Shown here: positions 1 to 8,340 of the stretch, piece after piece
How positions within the stretch are numbered: the first letter of the stretch is position 1
How the letters are laid out: every line of letters starts with the position of its first letter
From: Nanobdellota archaeon
GTDB lineage: Archaea; Nanobdellota; Nanobdellia; Woesearchaeales; JAGWAF01
Length of the DNA: 48,668 nt
Assembly (NCBI GenBank): GCA_038046365.1
Contig: JBBSWF010000024.1
Location: 1 to 48,668 of the forward strand
Direction: 5' to 3'
Made by a program: the position numbers and the translations under genes
The notes under the pieces: generated by a model
Databases searched by the model: none
What the model was told of the DNA's origin: nothing
What the model saw: only the letters and a program-made list of their open reading frames with translations

Positions 1-55
1 TAAAACTAGGTATGACAATCAAGCCACTGGATGAATTATGCAAAGTTCTCTATAG

Positions 56-145
56 TAAAGGACACAAATAATTGCTAAAGATAGTTGTGTCCTTTAGATA
101 TAGTGGCGGAGATTAATATCTCAATTATTTTTGTCCGCCACTATA
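56..145. repeat. Two adjacent perfect 12-bp inverted repeats (stem-loops 56-67/85-96 and 99-110/134-145)
   Basis: TAAAGGACACAA...TTGTGTCCTTTA (17-nt loop) is followed 2 nt later by TATAGTGGCGGA...TCCGCCACTATA (23-nt loop). Both lie in an A/T-rich stretch directly 3' of the minus-strand gene that stops at 168. Confidence 0.6.
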
Positions 146-167
146 GAAAACGGTTGCTCTGAGCCCT

Positions 168-1322
168 TCATCTAACCATGGAAAGGATGGCCTTGAAAGA
201 ATCATCCGATAAGCTATCACTATACTCCTTGGCGAGTGAACCTGCCCTTTCTTCATCCAGCCTGATCCCCTTTGAAGCCAGTGAAAACCTAAGCAACCCT
301 GAAGAGAGGAACTGGCAGAACTGAGTCACATTGTGCGGCCGCTGCGTGAAGTGGGCGCGCTCAAAATCAATCATAACTGGCTTGTCGCCTTTAGCGATAA
401 GGATGTGCTTTATCGGGCGGGTCATCTCCTCTTTTGAGATGCCTATCTTGTCAAGCTTCCTGCATTGCTGGATCGCAGCCTTCAAGACTTTGAGGATCCT
501 TGGCTTAGATGATCTTTCGATAAAATCAAGAATCGGGATGCCATCTACGAACACATACGCGACGTATAAATCAGATGAATCAATGAACTTCGGGCCGATC
601 CCTTCTTTGCCGAGGCGCTTTAGCATCTCTGCCTCGTGGAGTATGGAAGCGATGGCCTGCGAGTCCGGGTTCTTGACCTTGATCGCGACTTTCTTGCCTT
701 TGAATCGGCTTGTGAAGACCATGCCTCTCTTGCCCTTGGCGAGGTAGGCTATGCTCTTGAATCCGTCACCTTCTAACCTCTTTCTTGCATCGGACATGAC
801 AAACCTGACGACAAGGAGATCCTCGAAGAAAACATGCTGGCGGTCCAGCTCCTTGAAATCGTATAAAAGCTGTCTTGCGCACTCTTCCACTTTCTCCGGT
901 CTAGTAAGGGATGAGTAGGACGCGATTATCTGGCCTTCCCTGGACAGGTGGTTGAGGGCTTGATGGAGGAACCTGCACATCGTCTCATAACCGTGCTTGC
1001 CTCCGACGAGCGCTTGATCGGTGAGGCCCTGCTCAGCTGGAAGGTAAGGCGGGTTGAAGATGATTGTGTCAAAGACACCTTTGACACTCGAGAAAAGATC
1101 GGAGACTTTGTAAGCGATCTTATCATGGGGATTGTTCTTCTTCGCATGATCTATAGCTTCTTTGTCGATGTCAGTAGCTAGGACGCTTGTGACTTTTGAA
1201 GAACCTGCTGCGGTGAATGCCTGGATTCCTGTCCCTGTGCCCATGTCAAGGACTTTGCCATACGCGAGAACCGCGACGTGCTTGGCAAGCAATGCAGAAT
1301 CCTCTTGGGGTTCGTAGACCAT
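168..1322 (-). CDS. Fusion protein: N-terminal SAM-dependent N-methyltransferase (HemK/PrmC/Mtq2-like, NPPY motif) plus C-terminal small protein-kinase-like domain
   Basis: 384-aa ORF. The N-half has LDMGTGTG (SAM motif I) and IFNPPY (amino/amide N-methyltransferase motif). The C-half has a kinase-like glycine loop plus Lys (AKGKRGMVF..GKKVAIKV) and VMIDFERA (DFG-like), but no HxD catalytic loop. Confidence 0.7.
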   Translation of the reverse strand: MVYEPQEDSALLAKHVAVLAYGKVLDMGTGTGIQAFTAAGSSKVTSVLATDIDKEAIDHAKKNNPHDKIAYKVSDLFSSVKGVFDTIIFNPPYLPAEQGLTDQALVGGKHGYETMCRFLHQALNHLSREGQIIASYSSLTRPEKVEECARQLLYDFKELDRQHVFFEDLLVVRFVMSDARKRLEGDGFKSIAYLAKGKRGMVFTSRFKGKKVAIKVKNPDSQAIASILHEAEMLKRLGKEGIGPKFIDSSDLYVAYVFVDGIPILDFIERSSKPRILKVLKAAIQQCRKLDKIGISKEEMTRPIKHILIAKGDKPVMIDFERAHFTQRPHNVTQFCQFLSSGLLRFSLASKGIRLDEERAGSLAKEYSDSLSDDSFKAILSMVR

Positions 1323-1387
1323 AAGAACTACCCAGAATACGGTCCTATAAATGATTGATGGAGCGACTGATGAACCTCAATCAAACA

Positions 1388-2701
1388 TCATCTCGGGCTA
1401 ACATACTTCTTCACAGCCATGACTTGGTGCTGCATGCCTCTGACGCTGAAGAGTCCCATGAACTCACGGACTACAGCCCAGACTGGCACTTCTCTTGGCC
1501 CCCTTCTCTCCGGGACACAAGCTAGGAAGAAAACGCTTGAGAACCTCAAGACCATAGAGATAGCAAAAACCAACGGAATGCCCGCCAATCCTATCAATGC
1601 GCCTTTGTCAGCGATGATACCTCCGATGATCGGACTGATGATGAGAGGGATAGCAGTAAGCGTCTGGTATTCTGCGACCTGGAACGGCCGGTCTTTGCGG
1701 TCGGTCATATCCAGCAGGAGATTGAAAGTCGTGAGCTCTACGCCTGCCCATACGATACCGGATATTATCTGGGCCGGGATTATCAGCCAGAGGTTCCCTG
1801 GGCCGATGAACAGGAACATGAGCGGGATTAGACCAGTGCCAAAGACGCAGAGCATCGCGATAGGCTTGTCACCATCGTGATCCGTCATTGGGCCGAATAT
1901 CGACTGAGAGAAGACCTTTGCTACGAACTGGATGGCGTTTGCAATTACATAAAGCGAGTAAGACATCGAGAGGTTGTTTAGCATGTATGCGGTGAAAAAC
2001 GGCGAAGAGATCATATAAGCGAAATTGAAAAATAAAGAGAACAAAAGCAGTTTGCCAAAATCCCCTTTCCAGCCTTTTGCGATGTCTTTGAGAGTATGCA
2101 CATCATGGCATTGATACGACGGCTCTTTGAGATTGCTCATGATCCAGGTAGCGAGAAGACCTAGGATGATCCCTAACGTGAATATTATCGCAAATCCCGC
2201 GTGCGAAGTCTTTGGGAATAAATCAAGAATAAACCCCCCAGTCAGGAAAGCTATCATCCCAAGCACTCCCACAAACACTAGGCGCTTGCTAAAGAAAGTC
2301 CCCCTATCCTTCTCTGGGACCACGTCTGCGGCAAGGCTTGTCCAGGCAGGATCAGAGAGGGACTCGCAGAACCGTGCAATAAAATAGAATACCATCACCC
2401 ATAACAGCGCATTCTCTTTGACTAGCAATGGCGCCCCAATTATCAGAAGCCACGTGAGCCTACCGATACTCGTGCTTGTGATATAGAGGACCCTCCTGCT
2501 AAACCTATGGATAAGAAGAACGCCAGGCATCTGAGACACGATCATACTGATATACGGTATCGCCCCAATAAGGCCAATAACGGTGTTTGACGCGCCAAGA
2601 TAAAGAGCGTAAGCTATCAGGAAGACCGTAGTGAGTCCATCATACATCGCCCAAAGGCCGCCATTGCCTAGCAGCACCTTCTGATTATGTGAGATGGCCA
2701 T
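1388..2701 (-). CDS. MFS-type transporter
   Basis: 437-aa ORF made almost entirely of hydrophobic helices arranged in two halves. A basic loop (HRFSRRVLY) follows the second helix, as in MFS motif A. ATG at 2701. Confidence 0.75.
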   Translation of the reverse strand: MAISHNQKVLLGNGGLWAMYDGLTTVFLIAYALYLGASNTVIGLIGAIPYISMIVSQMPGVLLIHRFSRRVLYITSTSIGRLTWLLIIGAPLLVKENALLWVMVFYFIARFCESLSDPAWTSLAADVVPEKDRGTFFSKRLVFVGVLGMIAFLTGGFILDLFPKTSHAGFAIIFTLGIILGLLATWIMSNLKEPSYQCHDVHTLKDIAKGWKGDFGKLLLFSLFFNFAYMISSPFFTAYMLNNLSMSYSLYVIANAIQFVAKVFSQSIFGPMTDHDGDKPIAMLCVFGTGLIPLMFLFIGPGNLWLIIPAQIISGIVWAGVELTTFNLLLDMTDRKDRPFQVAEYQTLTAIPLIISPIIGGIIADKGALIGLAGIPLVFAISMVLRFSSVFFLACVPERRGPREVPVWAVVREFMGLFSVRGMQHQVMAVKKYVSPR

Positions 2702-2766
2702 ATAACTCCTTTCTGTCTAGGAGGTTTTTAATGGTTTGCGAGAGGCGCGCGAAATCTTTCTGGGCA

Positions 2767-3846
2767 TCAATATAGGCCATTTGCCGCAAGCACAAACGCG
2801 ACTTTCGCGGCCTTTGGGATCTTGAGCTTGATCGCCGCAGCCAAAGTCGCGGCAGCGGCAGGATTGGCACCTATCCCCTCCTTCTCGGAGAGAGTCTTTC
2901 TCGCTCGAGCGATATCCATCTCGGAGACCGCTATCATACCCCCTTCACTTTCCTGGACAGACCTGATGGCAAGGTCGCCATCGATCGGGTAGCTGCATGA
3001 GATAGATTTTGGTGAATTCCTCGGGGTGACTCTCCTGATCGGTGAATCAGTGGCAAACGCCCTCACAATAGGGCAGCATCCCTCTGACTGGACACCTACA
3101 AGACGAGGCATATGATACAGAAGTCGCGCTGCGCAAAGATCCTTGCACCCCCTCCAGATCGAAGATATGAGCGAACCATCTCCCATAGGCGCGATGATGT
3201 AGTCAAGCTCGCCTAGCTGGTCGATGACCTCGAAAGCGACGCTCTTTTCGCCTTCACGACGGTAAGCGTAATTGCCTGCGAGGGGAATTTTCTCTTTGTT
3301 AGAGACTGCTTCAGCTTTGGCTGTGGCGGCTGAGCAATCGCCGCGCACGGTTTTGACGTCAGCGCCAAAACCCTCGATCTCACTGATAATCCCCTTTGCG
3401 GCAGTGATCGGGAGGATCACATCACAGTGGATGCCGACCCTGGCACAATAAGCGGCAAGAGACAGGCCTGAGTGACCGGAGCTTGCAATCACCACTCTCT
3501 TTGCATCTCGCTCTTTTAAGGCAGAGACTTCGATCGACGAGCCCCTGTCCTTGACGCTGCCTGTAGGATTGCTGCCTTCAATCTTGAAATGCCAGGATTG
3601 GCTTGAGACTGAATTGATAATCGGCGTGCCACCTTCTCCGAGGCTGACAATATCCTTGAATTGAGGGTAGAATTCTTTATACCTTAAGTGATTGAACGGT
3701 CTTTGGCGCAAAGACTTCCAACGGATGTTGAGACCTGGCCAATCGTATTGGACTAGGATGCTGCCACCGCAGCCGCACCTCTGCTGCGATGAATCCGGGC
3801 TATATCTGCAGCGACACCTTGAACATTGGAGATAAGATACTCGCAT
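2767..3846 (-). CDS. Threonine-synthase-family (fold-type II) PLP-dependent enzyme with N-terminal Cys4 zinc ribbon
   Basis: CSRCRCRY..CGCGG ribbon as in archaeal ThrC. NPTGSVKDRG matches the PLP-lysine motif (TGSFKDR), and ASSGHSG matches the phosphate-binding Gly loop. At 359 aa it is somewhat short for ThrC. Confidence 0.7.
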   Translation of the reverse strand: MRVSYLQCSRCRCRYSPDSSQQRCGCGGSILVQYDWPGLNIRWKSLRQRPFNHLRYKEFYPQFKDIVSLGEGGTPIINSVSSQSWHFKIEGSNPTGSVKDRGSSIEVSALKERDAKRVVIASSGHSGLSLAAYCARVGIHCDVILPITAAKGIISEIEGFGADVKTVRGDCSAATAKAEAVSNKEKIPLAGNYAYRREGEKSVAFEVIDQLGELDYIIAPMGDGSLISSIWRGCKDLCAARLLYHMPRLVGVQSEGCCPIVRAFATDSPIRRVTPRNSPKSISCSYPIDGDLAIRSVQESEGGMIAVSEMDIARARKTLSEKEGIGANPAAAATLAAAIKLKIPKAAKVAFVLAANGLY

Positions 3847-3915
3847 GGCTGATCTACCGTGGACCCTATTTATAAGATTTGCCCGGAGGCAAACTCCCCA
3901 CTATGCTCCGAGGCG

Positions 3916-4623
3916 TCATTGAGCCATAACATGATCCGCAATGAGAAATCCTAGACCGTGATGTATTCTACCGTCATAGACCCCATTGACGTAATCCTCA
4001 AAAATGCCCCAGGGTTTGTGGTAAAGATAAGCTACCCTTTCAAGATCAAACATCAAGGGGCACGCTCGAAGAAACGCGAACTCCTTGAGCAAGTACCAGA
4101 CGCCCTCTTGGACCGCTGGCCCAATCCCGCCCGAATCCTTTAATTTGGGTTCAAGCACAGACCGGGTCTCACGACGAGCACTTTCGGAAAAATGTGGATT
4201 GGACCAGTATAACTCCTTGATCTCCCGGATGGCTTGTCCATAGATCGGATTTCCCTCAACATCTTGAGTCCATTCTATCACCGAGAACCGATCCTTGACA
4301 TGATCTTCGAGAGATCCTATCGCTCTCTTGCAATGGTTTTGGAGAGTGTTCCCATTTAATCTAGCTTTTTGTCTCGCTTTGTTCCCGGAATAACCCAACG
4401 CCTTATAGGTATGTTCAGCCGGCACATCCGGAACCATTACGATAGCTTGAGAAAACACTCTTGATGAGAACTTGATGAGGTCGCTTATCCGATCCTTATT
4501 GAAGTAGCTATTTCCAGGGCTCATACCTATCACGCAGATTCCGCTGTCTCTTACGATCTCATAGCCGACCCGAGCTGCGTTGCCTGTCCTTCCCTGTCTT
4601 ATGCACAAAACCATCTCAACCAC
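3916..4623 (-). CDS. Cyclodipeptide synthase (CDPS), NYH-type
   Basis: 235-aa ORF (GTG at 4623, first ATG at 4614). VIGMSPGNSYF matches AlbC GISAGNSYF (catalytic Ser37/Asn40). WYLLKE matches AlbC YVLAE (Tyr178/Glu182). YLYH matches AlbC CYH (Tyr202/His203). Length and overall collinearity are typical of CDPSs. Confidence 0.8.
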   Translation of the reverse strand: MVEMVLCIRQGRTGNAARVGYEIVRDSGICVIGMSPGNSYFNKDRISDLIKFSSRVFSQAIVMVPDVPAEHTYKALGYSGNKARQKARLNGNTLQNHCKRAIGSLEDHVKDRFSVIEWTQDVEGNPIYGQAIREIKELYWSNPHFSESARRETRSVLEPKLKDSGGIGPAVQEGVWYLLKEFAFLRACPLMFDLERVAYLYHKPWGIFEDYVNGVYDGRIHHGLGFLIADHVMAQ

Positions 4624-4729
4624 TTGCTATTCTTCAATCCTAATAGCTGATATCATTATAATAACTTTAATGATAAAAACTTAGAATAATGATAATATTT
4701 ATATATCTATATCAATCATTACGCTAACC

Positions 4730-5764
4730 ATGGACTCTAAAGACCTGAAGATCCTCAATATCCTGGCACAAAACTGCAGAATCGCAAACACCACTATCGC
4801 GACGGCGCTCCACATCTCCAAAGACACCGTAACATACCGGATCAGGCAACTCCAGTCACAAGGATATCTTAGGCAGTACATGCTTTTTGTGGACGCCAGG
4901 CGGCTAGGATTCACAAGGTACCACATACTCATACGATTCGACCCTGCCATTGAAGACAAAAAGAAAATCATCGAAAGGACAGCAAGGCACCCATTTGTCA
5001 TGTGGATAAACACCTTCATAGGGCGCTATGACGCCCAAATAATAGTCGATGCATCAAACGGCTTTCACCTCAACTCAATTCGGGAAGAGTTATTTAGAAC
5101 AGCAAAACACGGAATCCAGGAATACACTGTACTCACACACCTGCTCGACTTGGAATTTACTCAGCTTAGCCCAATCATTGATGTTGAAACGAGTTTCACA
5201 AGAAAGGACGATTCCTCTTTTAGCAAAAGCCTAACCACACGAAATTTTCCTGTCGGTGCTGACTTCGACAGATACCTCCCTTTAAGGGTAGAGAATGAGA
5301 TCCTGCGTCTTCTGGCGGACGATCCATGCAGCTCGCTTGTCGATATAGCATCCAAAGTCGGCACAGATAGACAGACAGTGAAGAAACATATACAAACCCT
5401 CATAAACCACAAAGTCATCCTGAATTTCGGCGGCATCACAGACCATTCAAAGTTCGGATTCATCACTTACTACCTTCTTGTCCGAATAACACAGGACACT
5501 CCATTACAGACACTAAAACAACCATTTGCATCGCTACATAACATATTCTATGCCGGACGCATGCTTGGGGACTATGACATGATCATTTACCTAAATGCCC
5601 GAAATCCTCAAGAGTTGAATGAAAGCATCGAGTTATTCAAATCAAAACTTGGCAAGCATATCCTACACTACGACCTTCTAGTCCAAGACCGAGTCCATCA
5701 CTGGAGACAGTATAGCGCCGGGATCCATGACCATCTGGTAAAATCCAAAGAAAATCAAGCGTAG
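4730..5764 (+). CDS. Tandem (duplicated) Lrp/AsnC-family transcriptional regulator
   Basis: 344 aa with two HTH_AsnC-like segments (LDSKDLKILNILAQNCR..; ENEILRLLADDPCSS..DIASKVG), each followed by a RAM-like region. Divergent from the CDPS gene across a 106-nt A/T-rich gap. Confidence 0.7.
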   Translation: MDSKDLKILNILAQNCRIANTTIATALHISKDTVTYRIRQLQSQGYLRQYMLFVDARRLGFTRYHILIRFDPAIEDKKKIIERTARHPFVMWINTFIGRYDAQIIVDASNGFHLNSIREELFRTAKHGIQEYTVLTHLLDLEFTQLSPIIDVETSFTRKDDSSFSKSLTTRNFPVGADFDRYLPLRVENEILRLLADDPCSSLVDIASKVGTDRQTVKKHIQTLINHKVILNFGGITDHSKFGFITYYLLVRITQDTPLQTLKQPFASLHNIFYAGRMLGDYDMIIYLNARNPQELNESIELFKSKLGKHILHYDLLVQDRVHHWRQYSAGIHDHLVKSKENQA

Positions 5765-5795
5765 AAGCAGTTATTGTCTCATATCAAGATACCCC

Positions 5796-6827
5796 TCATC
5801 TCCAGTAGACTTCGATCTGGTCGGTGCGCAGATAAGGCTTGATGTCGATCTTGTCTAAGGTGAGGGATATCGGCTGAGCTTTGTATTGAAGGATGCCAAG
5901 CCACGCGATCATCGCAGCATTGTCGACTAGGAATTGATTCTCTGGGGAGGCGAACTTGGCATTTCTCTCCTTGCACATGATCCCGCACATCTCTTGGAGA
6001 CGTTTATTGCAGGCGACGCCTCCACCTAGCAGGAGCTCTGATTTCCCGCAGTGGGCCATCGCGCGTTCAGAGACTTCTACAAGCATCGCGAAGACGGTTT
6101 CCTGGACAGAGAAGGCGAGATCAAAATCGTTTAATGTTCCCCCTTCGGTGGAACTTAAACGATTTTGGGTGTTAGACGATTTCATTGAGACAATCTTCTG
6201 TTTAAGGTTAGTGAAGAGGCCACCGAAAGTGACGTCCATCCCCTTGACGCTGTAGGGGAGATGGATGAGGTTTGTTCCATTGAGGGCCAGCTGCTCGACT
6301 TTCGGACCGCCGGGGAATCCTAATCCTAATTCTCGCGCGAAGGAATCGATAAAGTTGCCCACTCCGCCGTCGATGGACTCGCCGAAGACCCGATATTTCC
6401 CGCCGTCATAGGCGATGATCTGAGTGTTGGCGCCGGATGCATAGAGCATGACTGGGTCTTGCATGCCAGTGCGGAGACGGCCAATCTCAAGGTGGGCGAC
6501 ACAATGGTTGACTCCGATGACCGGGATCTTGTGGAGAACGTGAATAGACCTTGCTACGTCGCATCCTACCTTGAGGGCGTTGCCGATGCCTGGAGATTGG
6601 GAGTAAGAGATGATGTCGATATCTTTGATCTTGAGACCTGCTTTGTTCAATGCCTGATTGAGGATCCTTCCACAGACATCGACGTGATGCTCGCCCAACT
6701 TGAACGGAATGAGTCCGCCTTCCTCGGTGGTGTAGAGATCCTTCTCGTTGGCAAGGACGTTGCCTTTGTCGTCCATGATGGCGATGCCGAATGTGTGGGC
6801 AGTGGATTCTATGCCTAGGGAGAGCAT
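5796..6827 (-). CDS. kae1: tRNA N6-adenosine threonylcarbamoyltransferase Kae1 (stand-alone, not fused to Bud32)
   Basis: LGIESTAHTFGIAI N-terminus, metal-binding NHCVAHLE motif, and GGGVACN near the C-terminus. 343 aa. Confidence 0.9.
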   Translation of the reverse strand: MLSLGIESTAHTFGIAIMDDKGNVLANEKDLYTTEEGGLIPFKLGEHHVDVCGRILNQALNKAGLKIKDIDIISYSQSPGIGNALKVGCDVARSIHVLHKIPVIGVNHCVAHLEIGRLRTGMQDPVMLYASGANTQIIAYDGGKYRVFGESIDGGVGNFIDSFARELGLGFPGGPKVEQLALNGTNLIHLPYSVKGMDVTFGGLFTNLKQKIVSMKSSNTQNRLSSTEGGTLNDFDLAFSVQETVFAMLVEVSERAMAHCGKSELLLGGGVACNKRLQEMCGIMCKERNAKFASPENQFLVDNAAMIAWLGILQYKAQPISLTLDKIDIKPYLRTDQIEVYWR

Positions 6828-6883
6828 GACGCTGAAAAATAGGGCTCTGGGTTAAAAAGACGACTCTTTGACGACTTCGTATT

Positions 6884-7156
6884 ATGAGGTCTCAACCCCA
6901 CGAGATCCAACGATTCGAAAAGCTATTAAATTCAACAGCTCTATCACGCGGTATGGACGTCGCTATCGCTGCTGACACTTCACAAGAAATAGTCAAGGCA
7001 TCCAGCCTACTGGGGATAGAGAAGGAAGAATTAGTAGACCGTGCTATCCAGGTCTATCTAGACGACATCAAGAAATTCTTGGAATTGAAACAAGAATTGA
7101 AAGTCTGGGATCAACTTAGCGATGAAGCTCTAGCAGAATTCGAGAGATCCTTCTGA
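6884..7156 (+). CDS. Small putative antitoxin preceding a MazF-like remnant
   Basis: 90-aa ORF (internal Met at 6953) immediately upstream of, and overlapping, the reading frame of the MazF-like sequence. No family recognised by eye. Confidence 0.4.
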   Translation: MRSQPHEIQRFEKLLNSTALSRGMDVAIAADTSQEIVKASSLLGIEKEELVDRAIQVYLDDIKKFLELKQELKVWDQLSDEALAEFERSF

Positions 7157-7482
7157 ATAAAGGAGAAGTCTGGATAGTGGACTTCCCGCTAGCTGTTGGA
7201 CATGAGCAGTCGGGATCGTGACCATCAATCGTCATCGCAGACACTCCCACGAACATCGCCATAATCCTTCCTTGCACATCCAATCTGCAAGCATTACGAT
7301 TCCCTTCCACTCTGGAGATAAAGCCCTCTAAGAGGAACGGCCTAACTGCGATATCTGTGGGCCTTGTCTTCCATATACGCGCAATAGACAAACGAAGGCT
7401 CAAGAATAAAATCGGCGATCTGGAACAACACCTCATCAATCAAATCGAAACCACATTAACCGAACTTCTTGCCATTAAGTGA
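7153..7482 (+). pseudogene. MazF/PemK-family toxin gene interrupted by an in-frame TGA (7219-7221); 5' boundary uncertain
   Basis: Frame 1 reads ..NKGEVWIVDFPLAVGHEQSGS*PSIVIADTPTNIAIILPCTS...LELIK-type C-terminus up to the TGA at 7480-7482. The stop sits where MazF proteins carry the conserved Arg of G-x-RP (CGA to TGA is one step). No ATG/GTG/TTG start lies upstream in frame. Confidence 0.7.
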
Positions 7483-7546
7483 GACGACTATCGGGTGAGG
7501 ATTGGTGTTATTGCAGACCACAACTTCTTGAGCGGGCATGTGCGCT

Positions 7547-8239
7547 TCATCTCTCTTCGAAGAGCATGAATGTGAACCTGTCACCCGCACACATATGCTC
7601 CTTCTGCTTTATCAGAGTGTACGGCTTGAAAAGTTCTTGATACTCCTCGGGCTTGCGAAGGAGGGTATACTTCGAGATTGGAAAATCTGGTCCCTCGTAT
7701 GTGTGTTCGCACAGGAACACTCTCTTGCTTAGGCTCTTCATCGCTTCAGCAGTCTTTCGCAGCTCTTGCTGGTCGAGGATGTGCAGGAGCACTATAGACT
7801 CGAATGCGAGATCGAATGATCCTGGCTCAATCTCCATCTCGTATATCTTTCCCTGGCGCAAGGTCACATTATCATATGGCTTGAGATTCTCAGCGGCCCT
7901 AGCAAGCATCTCGCTTGAGATGTCATTCCCATAGACTTCACTCGCACGTTTAGCGAGCTCTTGAGTCATCCGGCCTATACCGACTCCTAGCTCGTAGACT
8001 CTCCTGTTTTCTATGCACCCTTTCAGGAAATCAAACATATCCTCTTTGAGCAGGCGTGTGGCTTGCACGTTCTCATCAATCGAATGCCTTGCGCTCATCA
8101 CTGCCTGCAGGCCTGGTCTGGCTGCTCGGACGCTCCAATGCTCCCTGACATCCTTTTCAGACAGCGATCCCTTCGATTTGTCATCAATAGTCTCATAAGT
8201 GTCCTTCTCGTCTTTTGCCAATCCGTAAGGTTTGATCAT
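7547..8239 (-). CDS. Class I SAM-dependent methyltransferase
   Basis: 230 aa. VYELGVGIGRMT (motif I) and acidic YGNDIS (motif II) give the typical Methyltransf_11/25-like layout. Confidence 0.7.
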   Translation of the reverse strand: MIKPYGLAKDEKDTYETIDDKSKGSLSEKDVREHWSVRAARPGLQAVMSARHSIDENVQATRLLKEDMFDFLKGCIENRRVYELGVGIGRMTQELAKRASEVYGNDISSEMLARAAENLKPYDNVTLRQGKIYEMEIEPGSFDLAFESIVLLHILDQQELRKTAEAMKSLSKRVFLCEHTYEGPDFPISKYTLLRKPEEYQELFKPYTLIKQKEHMCAGDRFTFMLFEER

Positions 8240-8297
8240 GAGTTTTCACCCATTTATGTTACCATCATTGAGTGAATATTACTATATAAAATATCTC

Positions 8298-8340
8298 TTC
8301 CCTTAAGGGGGGAATAACTACTATCCCTTCAGGGGGGAAA
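8298..8340 (+). promoter_or_regulatory. Two direct copies of a partially palindromic site TCCCTT(A/C)AGGGGGGAA between a TATA-like box and the TrmB-family gene
   Basis: Copies at 8299-8314 and 8324-8340 follow ACTATATAAAAT (8281-8292) and precede the start at 8355/8373. CCCTTAAGGG is a perfect 10-nt palindrome. Confidence 0.4.

Noticed and set aside
168-1322. C-terminal kinase-like domain as the KEOPS kinase Bud32 (given Kae1 nearby)
   Set aside because: It lacks the Bud32/RIO catalytic loop (HGDLTxxN) and has a different loop (EEMTRPIKHILI). It is 4.5 kb from kae1, on the same strand but separated by unrelated genes. It is better described as an uncharacterised small kinase-like family.
8298-8340. 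Mini CRISPR-like repeat
   Set aside because: There are only two 16-17-nt copies, 25 nt apart, inside a promoter, and no cas genes. An operator interpretation is preferred. No other regularly spaced repeats were seen in the window.
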